Assembly (NCBI RefSeq): GCF_006345805.1
Contig: NW_021833787.1
Span: forward strand, 1 to 55,141
Direction: 5' to 3'
Length of the DNA stretch: 55,141 bases
DNA from: Octopus sinensis
Taxonomy: Eukaryota
Part shown: positions 13,351 to 26,944 of the stretch, one piece after another
Layout: the number at the start of each line of letters is the position of its first letter
Position numbering within the stretch: the stretch's first letter is position 1
The notes under the pieces: generated by a model
Database searches by the model: none
The model's input: the letters and a program-made list of their open reading frames with translations, nothing else
What the model was told of the DNA's origin: nothing
Translations under genes and position numbers: made by a program

Positions 13351-13380
13351 CATCATCATCACCATCTTCATAATTATTAC

Positions 13381-13427
<47 letters not shown>

Positions 13428-13551
13428 CATCATTACCATCTTCATAATTATTACCATTATTATTATTATTATTATTATTATATCATCATCACCATCTTCA
13501 TAATTACCACCATTATCAATATTATTATTATTATTATCATTATTATTATTA

Positions 13552-13589
<38 letters not shown>

Positions 13590-13621
13590 CATCATAACCA
13601 TCTTCATAATTACCACCATTA

Positions 13622-13681
<60 letters not shown>

Positions 13682-13711
13682 CATCATCATCACCATCTTC
13701 ATAATTATTAC

Positions 13712-13752
<41 letters not shown>

Positions 13753-13838
13753 CATCATCACCATCTTCATAATTACCACCATTATCATTATTATTATTAT
13801 TATATCATCATCATCACCATCTTCATAATTATTACGAT

Positions 13839-13870
<32 letters not shown>

Positions 13871-13997
13871 ATTATTATTATTATATTACCATTTTATTAT
13901 TATTATTATTTTTTTTATACTATTATTATTATCATCATTATTATTATTATTATTATTATATTATTATTATCATATTATTATTATTATTATTATCATC

Positions 13998-14028
<31 letters not shown>

Positions 14029-14166
14029 ATTATTATTATTATTATTATCATTATTATTATTATTACATTATTATTATCATCATTATATATTATTATTATT
14101 ATTATTAATTATTATTAATCATTATATTAGTCTTCAATATTATTATTATTATTATCATCATTATTA

Positions 14167-14246
<80 letters not shown>

Positions 14247-14330
14247 TTACTATTATTTTCAATCATTATTATTATTAATTATTATTATTATTATCATTAG
14301 TATTATTAATTATTATTATTATTATTATCA

Positions 14331-14367
<37 letters not shown>

Positions 14368-14369
14368 GA

Positions 14370-14403
<34 letters not shown>

Positions 14404-14430
14404 CATTATTATTATTATTTTTATATTTAT
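13255..14430. repeat. (ATT)n array with higher-order ATATCATCATCACCATCTTCATAATTA(TTA)CCA units
   Basis: Cassette recurs about six times between 13345 and 13835, each separated by variable (ATT)n. Confidence 0.9.
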
Positions 14431-14932
14431 TTTAAAATCTTTTTTTTTCTGATCGCCCAGCTTAACAGGTTTTATGGAGTCAGTCTCTCGTTAAGATAAC
14501 TATCTTGTATATAAATGTGCATCTTTAAAATAATCATCAAGAAATCCACCATCATTTATATACTCGATCGTCTAATTATCAGGCTGGCAATCTACAAATC
14601 AAAATATTTAGTAGTAGCAGTAGTAGTAGTAGTAGCAGTGGTGGTGGAAGTGATGGTGCCGGTGACAGTAGTAGTACTAGAAGGAGTTGTTTTTGTATCA
14701 AGAACGTAATATATATATATATGTGTGCGTGTGTGTGTGTATAAATACATGTATAGATATATACATGTATATATGTATACATACATGTATATATACATAC
14801 CTACAACATATATATATATATATATATTTACATATGTGTATATAAATTTGGACATATGTCTATATGTATGTATATATACATATGTATGTGTATATATGCA
14901 TATATATATATACACTCAAACACCCAAGTATA

Positions 14933-14973
<41 letters not shown>

Positions 14974-15504
14974 TATTTACATATGTGTATATGAATATGC
15001 CTAGATGTCTATATGTATGTATATATACATATGTATGTTCATATATTCATATATATATATATACATATATACATAAGCACACATATACGCACAAAGAGAC
15101 ACGCACGCACACACATGCCCACACACATGCACACTCACACATACTCACAACATTTTTTTAGCGTCAAGAATTTAATAATGATTCCTAGTCATAAAGAATT
15201 GCAAAGCTAACTTCTCCCAAAGCCTGTTTGAAGAATTTCATATGCTGCTTGTGAAGAGAAAATTATAACGTTTATTGGAAGTGATTTTGGTAAATGACTC
15301 GTGAAATGAATTTTACAAAATGTCTTTATTTATTTTTATTGAGATTAAATCCGCCATTTTGAAAATTGCGGGGACTTAGTCTTAGATTTACGCTTATAGT
15401 TTAATGTAATTAACAGAGTCGTTATTTTACATCTTGGAAGTTGGTTAAGAATAATGGTAAACATAAATCGATTCTGTGTATGGTAATGCGGATTGAGTGA
15501 TGGG

Positions 15505-15709
15505 AAGATATAGGAGGGAAGAGAGAGAGAGAGAGAGAGAGAGAGTGAGAGAGACGGAGAGAGACGGAGAAAGACGGAGAAAGACGGAGAGTAAGAAGGA
15601 TTGAGAGAGGATGGGGAAAGAAGAGAAGGGAGAGAGAGAGGGAGAGAGAGAGGGAGAGAGAGAGGAGAGAGAGACGGAGAGAGAGAGAGAGAGAGTGAGA
15701 AAGAGAGAA

Positions 15710-15762
<53 letters not shown>

Positions 15763-16480
15763 ACGGAGAGAAACGGAGAGATAGAGGAGTAAGAAGGATT
15801 GAGAGAGGATGAAAGAGGTTGAGTGAAGGGAAGAGGGGAAGGGATTGAAGGAGAGAGAGGGAAGGGGCGAGGAAGTGAAGGGGAGAGAGAGGCAAGGAGA
15901 AAGAAGCGAAGGGAGAGAGATAGGGGAGAGAGATGGAGAGGTAGTGGAGTAAGAAGAAGGATTAAGAGGGGATGACACGGAGGTTGACTGAAGGGAATAG
16001 AGGAAGGGATAGAAGGAGAGAGAGGGAAGGGGTGAGGAAGTGAAGGGGAGAGAGAGAGAGAAGGAGAAAGAAGGGAAGGGGATAGAGAGTAGGTGAGGGA
16101 ATGGGGGGGAAAGAGAGAACGTAAATGTTAGTTACAGAGAATAAGAGTGAGAAAAGAGGGATAGGATGAGAGAGAGAGAAATGAATAGGAATAAGAGAGG
16201 GGAGAGAGAGGGTAGATGGAAGAAGAAGGCTGGGGGAGAGAAAAAGAAAGTGAGTTAGACGAAGGAGAAAGAAGAGAAGGACAGGGAGATAGGAAAGGAG
16301 TGCGAGAGAGTGGGAGGGAGAGAAAGACAGAGAAAAAGCGGGAGAATGAGAATAAGTGGAAGGGAAAATGGAATACGGGGGGAGGAGAGAATAACGAATG
16401 AGAGAGAAAACAGCATAAGAGAGAGAGAGAGAGAGGGAGAGAGAATGAAAGGCGAATGGGAGAAGGAGAGAGAGAGAGGG
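15505..16480 (+). repeat. Polypurine (GA)-rich low-complexity tract with internal duplications
   Basis: About 1 kb almost devoid of pyrimidines on +; GGAGTAAGAAGGATTGAGAGAGGATG occurs twice; a block of about 100 bp recurs near 15815 and 15980. Confidence 0.9.
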
Positions 16481-16757
16481 TTTAAATAAAATACGGGAGA
16501 TCTCAAGAACGTTTTAGTTGAGGTTATAAAGTGTATAACTAATTAAACACATACACACAGGTGTATATAAAAAACACAGCCTTCCCCAACTTGGGTGCAC
16601 ACTGTATAGAAGTCAATTAAATATATATATCTGTATGTGCATCGCCATGCAAGTAGGGATGCTTGCTGACATGCAGAAGCCTTCAAAAGAACACATACCA
16701 TATATGCATACGTAGTAATGCCTTGTAGCCATGTGGTATTTCGTTATGCAACGATAA

Positions 16758-17140
16758 TCTCTCTATATAACGCTGAAGTTGTCTGTGTATTGCAGGTTTG
16801 GTAGCCTTCAACTAACCACTATCTCCTCCGAGACCCTGCGGCGCAAGTTGACCAAAATTGAGAGTATGATAGAAGAAGGCTTGCTCTTCCTTCCGTAGAA
16901 GAAAAAATTCAAATCGGACCATGTTAACACCAAAACATATTTACATCAAAAAGGTACTTTTTTTTCCATGAAAATCCCTATTTTTAACGATTTATTGACT
17001 GCTGTGTCGCCATTTTTCAGTGTATTTCAACCAGAAAAATGTTCACTTAACAAGCTACATAATGCAACATTTTTACTTTTCAAAAATTCCAATTCTAAAG
17101 GATCGAAAGAAACCCGAGCAACGCCGGGTGATAGTGCTAG
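16758..17140 (+). mobile_element. Non-autonomous Helitron, copy 1
   Basis: 5'-TC start, 3'-CTAG end, inserted between A and T, no TSD, subterminal GC hairpin CCCGAGCAACGCCGGG (17113-17128); closely similar second copy at 43131-43519. Confidence 0.85.
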
Positions 17141-17687
17141 TATTCTATAAAGGATATTGTTGAAATTACTTCCAGAGAAATTGCAGCCTGCTCTGAAGTT
17201 TTGCTACACGGTTTCGTATCGAAACGTCGGACGTAAACAAACAATCAGATCATGGACAAAAATGGGTAATGAGTCTATACGCCATATTTCGGGAGGTTTT
17301 GCCCCTTCATAAGCACCCGTCTAACTAATTCTCGCCTCCGTACACATTACTTATATTGCCACCGCCGATAGCGGTGTTAAGTTATTGGCTATACCGATTG
17401 GCATATGAAACGCATCCCTTGAACCTGGTATATAAATTATATTAATGACTTATAGGCACGTGGTATTTTGTTAAACAACCAAAATATACTGTAGAGTATA
17501 TTAAATGTTTTAATAAGACAAACCACGTCCTACTGTGTTAGCACGGCTCTTTAAATTGTTTTGTGGAGGTTATTTCAGTGGAACGTGGTGTTGACTAATA
17601 CATACATGCATACATGCGTACATACGCATGCACACTTGGAAAACACACACACATATATACGTATATGTATATATATATATATATATA

Positions 17688-17833
17688 TTCTCTCCTTGGT
17701 TTTTCTGTGTACCTTTCTGTAGAAGAGCGTAGGCTCGAAACGTAAAAGACTTTTTCTATTCCTGAGCGTTATACTAATACATCTGGTTGTTTTGTACACC
17801 ACCTGTATTCGTCTTGTTTTTTTCGTAAACTCT

Positions 17834-17836
<3 letters not shown>
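17688..17836 (+). mobile_element. Hammerhead-bearing element, subfamily B
   Basis: CTTT CTGTAGA A GAGC-GTAG-GCTC GAAA C GTA AAAG (17713-17748; A6>U); flanked on both sides by (TA)n. Confidence 0.75.
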
Positions 17837-17872
<36 letters not shown>

Positions 17873-18465
17873 CTCTACTACCTTAATGTTCTTAAAATTT
17901 GAATAGACATCTTTGTCTATATATCTACCTTCTCTATAATGTTATCAATTGATATGAAAATTATGTATTAATGGAAAACCTCTATAAATGCCTGATGATT
18001 GCTCAACATTTTAAAACTGTTGTAATAATTACAATATTTAATAAAATGATGTAGCGTGAAACGATCGGGCCAAATTACCGAAGTTATTCTTGTTGCTTAT
18101 TTTGATTATATATATATATTGTTAAATAAATGATTCTTTTTATGCTCAGTTATAATAGAAATTAGGTTTAACACTGCAGTGTATTAATCTATTATTCTTC
18201 GAGGAAAACAAAAGACTCCGGCAGAATTTGAAATCCGAACGTAAAAGACTCGCGAAATGGTGCTACGCCATCACAATATCTGCAGAGATAAGAGTAAGAC
18301 TATAAAGGACAATAACAACAGCACCAGCACCATTAACAGCAACAACAACATCAACAATACTACGACAAACAACAACCATAATGATAGGAATTCAACCAAA
18401 TAATGGAAAATTCTTCAACTTCTCAAAACGCCTCTCATGTATATTTTACTATTACTGGTCTTTGA

Positions 18466-18860
18466 TGGGGCAAAGAGCTGAGCGAACCGTTTACATTTTG
18501 GCGGATATTACGGTTGAGTTCGAATTCTGCCGAGGTCAACTTTGTACTTCATCCAGCCGGAATCGATAATGTAAACACTAGTTGATCACTGGAGTCAATG
18601 TAATTGATTATCTTCTTGGACTTTACGCTTTGAGTTCAAATTCCATTGAGGTCGACTTTATACTTCATTCTTCCGATAAAATAAATACTAGTTTATACTT
18701 TCAGGATGGTTAGAGTATCAGGAAAAAATGTCTTTCGCTATATGTTCCGGGTGTTTACGTTCTGAGTTTAAAAATCTACCGGTATTAAATTTGCATTCTA
18801 TCCCTCCGTGTTGCAAGCGAGAAGATCCCCGTCATGTCATGTACTGGGGTCAAAGAATAT
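18466..18860 (+). mobile_element. Cluster of old degenerate SINE family 2 fragments
   Basis: Repeated GAGTTC(G/A)AATTC...GAGGTC(A/G)ACTTT motifs near 18515 and 18632, and a weaker one near 18764. Confidence 0.65.
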
Positions 18861-19109
18861 CCCTTATGACATCTCTCCTGGCTATTTCCGTTCTAAGAAC
18901 AACGTCTCCTATAAGAATGGCGTTACCCAGTCGTCACACGAAAGCGGTAGTGTTTCCTTTCAAAAACGAGGAGCTTGTTGACTGGAATTTTGCCCGCTGG
19001 GGAAACTGGAAGTCGTTCACACACAAAACAATTGGTTCGGCCTGCGCATTCAGTCAGGGGGACATATTGTGAAATTCGACTGATGCAACACTAGGCATTT
19101 TACCACATA

Positions 19110-19674
19110 TTGGGTTATCCAGAAAGTTTGTGCTGATTTATAGTAGCTTACATTTCGACTTATTTTAGAACATGGTTGAGTCCATAAAATAGGATTTGAC
19201 TACACCTCCATTTAGAGCCTAGTTTAAGCTATATTTTCGTGGAAGAAGATTTATGTTCATATAACCTGTGTCAATTCTGTAACCCTTTAAAATGGTAGAT
19301 AAGACAGTTCATTTTCGGCACTTGATAATTTGGGAATTAGACAAAAATTGCTGCAGCTCGGCTGGGATGTGTTACACCAACCTCCATATTCACCAGATAT
19401 TGTCCCTTCGGATTTCCACTTATTCAGGTCTCTGCAGAATAGTCTTAATGTAAACATTTCAATTCCTTGGATGACATAAATAGACACCTTAATGAATTCT
19501 TTGCCATGAAACCACCTCAATTCTGGGAAGGGGGTCTTTTCCAGTTAAAGGAAAAATAGAGACGCATTGTGCAACAAAATGGTTCATATTTGGTTGATTA
19601 AAAATGTAATGGCAAGTATTTATTGGCCTTTTTCTTTCCTTTAAAAATCGGCACGAACTTTCCGGACAACCCAA
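19110..19674 (+). mobile_element. Internally deleted mariner transposon with both TIRs and TA TSD
   Basis: TIRs TTGGGTTATCCAGAAAGTTTGTGCTGATTT / AAATCGGCACGAACTTTCCGGACAACCCAA; TA at 19108-19109 and 19675-19676; + strand remnant from about 19342 reads QKLLQLGWDVLHQPPYSPDIVPSDFHLFRSLQNSLN (mariner HPPYSPDLAPSD motif). Confidence 0.9.
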
Positions 19675-20596
19675 TATAAACGCCCCTACAATATTTGATT
19701 TCCATGAGGGTGCTGTATGTTATACAATATAACAACAGGGAAAACTTAATCACGTATTTCGTACCAACCCCTATCCGAAATATATCCATGAGGAAGTTTG
19801 GATTTAAAGACAGCAGACACCACTGCAAACATATAGCAACGATCCACTGATCCATAAAATGGTTCGGTACATTTTGTCATCGAACCCAAAAGGACGAAAG
19901 CCAAAGATGAAACCAGTAGGAATCGAACACTCAGAGCAAAGATTGGGATCAAATACTTCGAGATAGTATAACCAAATGCTTCGCGATTCTCTCCAATCAC
20001 ATGCAGTGCTATGCCGCATGAAATGGTGATTGACTTATAAAACCAAAAACAATGTTATATTTCATATCAGCGCCATCTATCTATATTAGTGCAAAAAAAT
20101 GTCTGGGGTATAAACCCGAGAAAATTACCGACGTCCACGTAATCTAAAGATTGAGTTTATCTTCATATTTCATAGGAGAATCAACATGAAAAATTCGGTG
20201 GTGATGATGATGGTGGTGGTGGTGGTGGTCCTGGTGGTGGAATAACGATCTTGTGTGATGGGATTACCATAATGTCCATTGTCACCAAATTTGGTAGGAA
20301 ACATCAAATAATGATGGGGGAGGGGCAGCGTTTGGTGAGAGGTGTGTGTGGGAATAATACTATGTAATGTTATTTTTTCAATCATTATTATGAGCAAACA
20401 TACACATACACACACACAACACAACACAAACACACCCACACACAACAAAACAAACACACATGCACACACTCACACACACACATACACACACTCACACACC
20501 AAGGCACGCAGGCACGTAAGCTCGCACACATACCATTACGTAGAAAACTGCATCCATTTATATATATATATACATATATGTATACATCTATATATA

Positions 20597-20659
<63 letters not shown>

Positions 20660-20669
20660 TGTATATATA

Positions 20670-20738
<69 letters not shown>

Positions 20739-21273
20739 ATATATAATATATATATATCATATATCTACATATGATATATCATATATATGTTAGATATATA
20801 TATGTATATATAATACATATAATATATATATATCTATATACACAAATGTATATATATACACACATATATATATATATATATATCGGAAAATACACATGTA
20901 TATATGCGTATGTGTTCGAATGCGTGTATGGGTGTGTGCGAAGGGGACCGGTGACATGTATCCGCCTGTGTTAAAGTTAGATTACTATGGTGATAAAGAG
21001 ATAATGTTAATCTGGGGATTATGCGTTCATTATATATCAAAAGAATTTTCTTTTCGCCATCATCTCCGAGTTGCTGGCGGTCAGAGTCATTAAGAATCAA
21101 AGTATGAGACATCAGACACACACGTTGAAACAAACACACCGATGCACGCACTCACGCGGCGACACATTAACATACAGATTAGCACAGAGGTGTACGTCAA
21201 TGTAACACAAATTCAAAGACACACATACATCAGCACCTTCGCAAATACATACACGTGGATCTCTCTCTCTCTC

Positions 21274-21328
<55 letters not shown>

Positions 21329-21445
21329 TATGTATATATATATAACCATATACACACACACACACATATATATATCTATAACTATGTATATATATATATA
21401 CATATATGTATGCATATATATATATATATTAATATATGTATACAA

Positions 21446-21477
<32 letters not shown>

Positions 21478-21523
21478 TATATATAAATATGTATATATAT
21501 ATAAAAATATATATATATAGTAT

Positions 21524-21576
<53 letters not shown>

Positions 21577-21689
21577 TACATACACACACACATGACTATG
21601 TACGTATATATAACTATCTATACATGAAACAAATATAAATAGAAAAAGTGAGATATACAAACATACATATATATGTATATATGTATGTT

Positions 21690-21748
<59 letters not shown>

Positions 21749-21867
21749 TATATATATATACATATATAGGTAGATAGATAGATAGATAGATAGAGATAGA
21801 GATAGATAGTTCTATGCATATGTACACAGAGATATATTCATGTGTGTATAAACATACACACACACAT

Positions 21868-21929
<62 letters not shown>

Positions 21930-22189
21930 GTATGTACGCATAATACGATACATATATACATTGATGAGTGTTGTGTATGCGCGAATGTATGTAAAAAATA
22001 CGTGACTGCTACGAAGGAGCCCGCATTAGTGAAAAATACATGCACTGATCGTAATTAAATTATGATAAAGTGTTTGGTAGGGAGACATCGAGGGAAATTC
22101 AAAGGAATCGACAAAATATTATACAGAAATGTATATTATAAGAGAGAATGAGAGAAGAGTGAGAGCAGGAGAGAGGGAGCAATAAGAAA

Positions 22190-22267
<78 letters not shown>

Positions 22268-22295
22268 ATATATGTATATATATATGTGTATATAT

Positions 22296-22340
<45 letters not shown>

Positions 22341-22360
22341 TATATATATATATATATGTT

Positions 22361-22394
<34 letters not shown>

Positions 22395-23242
22395 ATATAT
22401 ATATATATGTATATATATATGTGTATATATATGTATATATATATATATATATATAGGTAGAGAGAGGCGGATAAGATTATGAGAACGTGTAAATATAACA
22501 CTTGGAACATTGTTTGAGGAAAATATAAGATGACATCTATATATGGGCATTACGTCATTTTGCTCATCATCAACAGCACCATGTGCTTTATTAATGTCAT
22601 CAATATCATTTTCACCGTTGTCAGCATTGTCATTCCTCCGCATCATCATCGCAGCCGTCTTCGTCTTCGTTGTCATTGTGTTTGTCTGCATTGCTGCCGT
22701 TATCGCCTTGACAACGGTGAAAAATCACACACGCATGGTGTGATTTATATATGTATAACTGAAAAAAAAAAGACCCGAAAATCCTAATTTTCCAACGATC
22801 CTTCAGGAAGAACACGCCTTGATAAACTCAGTGGCTACAAAGTACTTGAGGCCAGGAAGTCAAAATTTGAAGCTTAAAATTTGAACGTACGGAGACAATA
22901 TTTACATGTTGCTAGAGGAAACATGACTAGATCTCATAATGCAGGGAAATGGTTGCATAATCACTTAGCTGCACGCTTGGAGAACTACGTTGCATCGAAA
23001 CAATTGTAAAGACTGAAAATAAGTGACGAGCCGTACTGCTAGTTGACTCCAATTTTTTTCGACTATCTGTTCACACAAGACAGAAGTACAAAAATAAAAC
23101 CAAGAAGTACATATCAATAATACTACTTCTGGATAACACAGGCCGAAATCTGAAGATGGGCGTGCTTTATGCTGTACTATACTACACTCTTAACAAAACA
23201 CACCACAACTATACACACACATATATATATATACCATAACTA

Positions 23243-23447
23243 TAGTTAATCCAAACATAAACAAAGAGAAAACACAATAAGGCGAGGACGTGGAACAAGT
23301 ATAGTATTATTGGACGCTCAGGAAAGGAAAGAAAGAAGGAGGATTTCACGTTTTAAGAGGAGCTCTTCGTCAGGAACATAGAAAAAGGAAAGGTCCAAGG
23401 AAGGGAAGACGTTGAAAGAAAATCGCCAACGATACACACACGGTCAC
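23243..23447 (-). mobile_element. Hammerhead-bearing element, subfamily A (degenerate ribozyme)
   Basis: Minus strand CTGACGA A GAGC-TCC-TCTT AAAA C GTG (23343-23377); body homologous to 3436-3650; TA/CA repeats flank. Confidence 0.7.
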
Positions 23448-24141
23448 GCACACATATATATATGTGTGTGTGTGTGTTTTTGTGCGTGTGTGTATACTAT
23501 TTCTATATAAGTACCAGCTCATGTTTTATCAAACAAAGAATAGCTAACGAAGAAAATTCTTTTAGAGATAAAATTAAAGAAAAACAACAAAGAAATGTGT
23601 ATTACGAGCTTAAGCAAATTAATTAGGTCTCTAAACGATAATAATAAAATATATTCAATTGGCTGGGAGATAATTAGTAGAGCTAAGCCGTATGCTATAG
23701 AAAGAAAACGATGAAACGTTGAAACGTACTAAATATTCACGTCAAAATGCAATGTGATAAACTCTAGGCAGGAACGTGGATAAGGTGCCTTCATAAACAT
23801 AAATATGCTTTAATTAAATACAAGTAAAAGCATTATACTTAATTAAACAAGAAAATTATAAATTACTAGAATGACACTCGTGTAAACAAAAAAGCAAATA
23901 ATAAACCATAATTAATAGGATACCTCTAGAAAAAAAATTCTCCTTAAAATATGTGGAGATGTAAGCTATCTAACCGTGACCTATTTAAAACTACACCTCA
24001 CTCTACATACCAAACTTAGCTCAGGTGTGCCATGGGTCATAAAAATACAACTGTTTAGCGAAACACCAACAATTCCAAAAAGCAATTTATTCATTGAACT
24101 TCCTAAGTTCTTCAGCTTAACTTCGAATAGCAGTAATCAAT

Positions 24142-24225
24142 GACCTTGATGATACTGTACTGACATTAACACCAGCATTCATATTTAACAATGTGCAGCC
24201 GATGTAGTTGAAACGCGCGTAGGTC
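24142..24225 (+). ncRNA. Candidate type I hammerhead with long stem II (degenerate, C3>U)
   Basis: GACC UUGAUGA U ACUGUA...UGUAGU U GAAA C GCGC G UA|GGUC: stem I GACC/GGUC, palindromic stem III ACGCGCGU. Confidence 0.55.
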
Positions 24226-24306
24226 TACGAGAGATGGTGTAAATAATTGTTTAATAAAATTATAGATGTGGAAAATATCCTTTCTCCCGATTATATTTAA
24301 TACTAT

Positions 24307-24376
24307 ACGCCGGGAGCGGGGATCGATCTCACAATCTTAGTGATCGTGCGTGCAACACCCTAGCCAGCTGAGTGGG
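24307..24376 (-). mobile_element. Degenerate tRNA-derived SINE head
   Basis: Minus strand CTCAGCTGGCTAGGG...GTGAGATCGATCCCC: A-box and B-box-like motifs. Confidence 0.45.
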
Positions 24377-24991
24377 AGTAAGTTGTACGAACACATTGAT
24401 GAAATATGTGAACAGCTCCGTTGCAGCAATTGTGGTATATTAACGCATCCACCACAACGATCACCACTACGTTTCCTATACGCAACCCAAACGGCAGCAT
24501 AAATCCTTAAGAGAAAAAATTGAACATTTCGAATTCTTTAGTGAGTAATTGAAGACAACAGGAGTAATGAACATACTCAACGGCATTTAGTCGAAATCTT
24601 AAAATAAAATATTTGTTTTTACTAACAAATTAAAACCAAAAATTTTCGAGAAAGCTGTAACTTAAAAAATAACGTTTGAAAGCAATCAGTAGAAATTATC
24701 TCTAATACGAAGTGATATGAAAGTATTTGAACAAACGTTGTAAGCATTTGAAAATTTATTTTCGAAATCGAAGTACAGAAAAAAAAAACCAAACAAACTT
24801 ACAAAGTAAGAAAACAAAAGCCCCTAAAATGTGTGAAAAGGTTTAAGTGGCAATTTTTCACATATAAAAGTCCAAAGCTATTACAGTATCAGAAGAGAAA
24901 GTTGTTCTTGAACTCAAAACAAGAATCCGTTGAGAAAAGTCGCTGGGCATTCATTCCGGCGAGTTAATGATTCTGTCAGTTTGACGCATTT

Positions 24992-25040
<49 letters not shown>

Positions 25041-25041
<1 letters not shown>

Positions 25042-26929
25042 CACTATCACCGCTCCTCTTCTGCTTAGCCTTAATACCTCTCTCAAAACTGCTCAATGAT
25101 GCGCAGTACGGATATAAAATGTTTGATAAAAATATAAATCATCTCATTTACATGGATGATTTAAAGCTCTTTGCAAAAAATGACCAACAACTCAATGGCT
25201 TACTAGCGATTGTCAAACAATTCAGTGATGACATCAGAATGCAATTTGGCCTCGATAAATGCGCAAAAGCTACCTTTATCAAAGGAAAAATGGCAGAAAC
25301 ATCTAACGTTAACCTTGACCAGCAGAATGTCATAAAAGAATTAGACCCAGCAGAGAACTACAAGTATCTAGGGGTAATTGAAGGAGAAGGAATAAGGCAT
25401 TCAGAGATGAAGGAAAGGATCAGGGGAATGCTATCGCAGAGTAAGAGCAATACTCAAGACAGAGCTGAATGCGAGAAACAGGATCGAAGCGATCAATGCA
25501 TTAGCCATACCAGTCGTGACTTACAGTTTCAGTATCGTTAACTGGTCAATTACTGAATATGTAATCTTGACAGAAAAATACGAAAACTGTTGACAATGCA
25601 TAGAATGCACCACCCTAAGGCAGATACAGAACGACTTTATCTGCCAAGAAAAGAGGGAGGCCGTGGACTTTTACAACTGGCAATAACAATGAAGATTGCT
25701 ACAATTGGCCTAGACACCTACCTGAAAAACTCTGAGGACTGGATGTTAAAACTTGTCTCAAAACATGAAAACAAGAAAGCATCATACTCAGTAACAAAAC
25801 AGGCAAAGGAATATCTAAGTGAATTCCGAATACAACAAATTTCGGAATTAGAGATAGACATACAAGAAACAGGCACAGAAAAAGCTAAGCGCATGAAAAC
25901 CCGTGCTAAATCTGCGGCCTTAGATATTCTGAATGATAAATGGCAAGAAAAACCTCTCTATAGCAAATACCCAAAGAGAGTAAATAATGCAGATGTTGAC
26001 AAAGCCCTGACCCATCAATGGCTAATGGCCTCTGGCTTAAAATCTGAAACAGAGGGGTTTATCATAGCAGCTCAAGATCAATGCCTACCAACAAGAAACT
26101 ACCAGGCCAACATATTAAAGATCAGAAGCATCCAACGTGTCGTGTATGCAAGCAACAAAATGAAACCATTGACCATGTGGTCTCCAAGTGCAGTCTTCTA
26201 GCGCCTACAGAATATCTCAACAGGCACGATAGAGCTGCACAATATATTCACTGGGTAATCTGTAAAAACCTGGATTTGCCCCATGAAAAAAACTGGTGGG
26301 AACACAAACCACCCCCGGTGCTTGAAAATGACCACATCTCACTCCTCTGGAACTTCGCCATTCAAACTGACAGAAAGATAGATGCAAATAGGCCAGACAT
26401 TATATTGAAAGACTTCAAACAAAGAACATGCCTCCTCATTGATATGACTGTCCCAATATATAAACGTATCTGTCCCAATATATAAACGTATCTGTCAAGA
26501 CCTACCAAAAACTGAGCAAATATAAAGATCTTGAAATAGAAATCAGCAAAATGTGGAAGCTGAAGACTAAAACATTACCTGTTGTCATAGGTGCCCTGGG
26601 AATGATAGCAAAAGGGGCAGATAGCTACCTAACTCAGATACCAGGAAACCCCAAAATGGCAGAAATTCAAAAGATAGTGCTCATGGGAACTGCTCATATC
26701 CTACGCAAAATACTTTCTATGTAATCTCAAGGTTTAAAACATAATTTTCGGTTTAAAAAAAAAAAAAAAAAAAAATTTTTAGACATTCATTAGTACAACA
26801 CCCCACCCCCCAAATATATGGCACACTAGGCATAACAACAACATGAACTTCCAGCCCTGTTGTCTCTTGAGGTCTCTGGGTGAGACTTGGAGCCAACTTG
26901 TACAAATATAAAGCAAAAGTCAAACATAG
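25041..26929 (+). mobile_element. 5'-truncated R4/Dong-clade non-LTR retrotransposon (RT C-half, CCHC finger, restriction-like endonuclease), frameshifted
   Basis: SLSPLLFCLALIPL, HLIYMDDLKLFA, YKYLGV, LYLPRKEGGRGL, CRVC...ETIDHVVSKC, RHD, NRPDII, KYKDL, VVIGALG, TAHILRKILSM* (stop 26722-26724); (TAA)n on both sides. Confidence 0.93.
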
Positions 26930-26944
26930 AATAATAATAATAAA

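Noticed and set aside
13345-13835. Repeat-spacer appearance resembling a CRISPR array
   Set aside because: Spacers are just (ATT)n, there are no cas genes, and the context is eukaryotic
19598-20019. Overlapping minus-strand ORFs of 71-85 aa in unique sequence
   Set aside because: No homology recognised, no convincing splice structure, and one partly overlaps the mariner TIR
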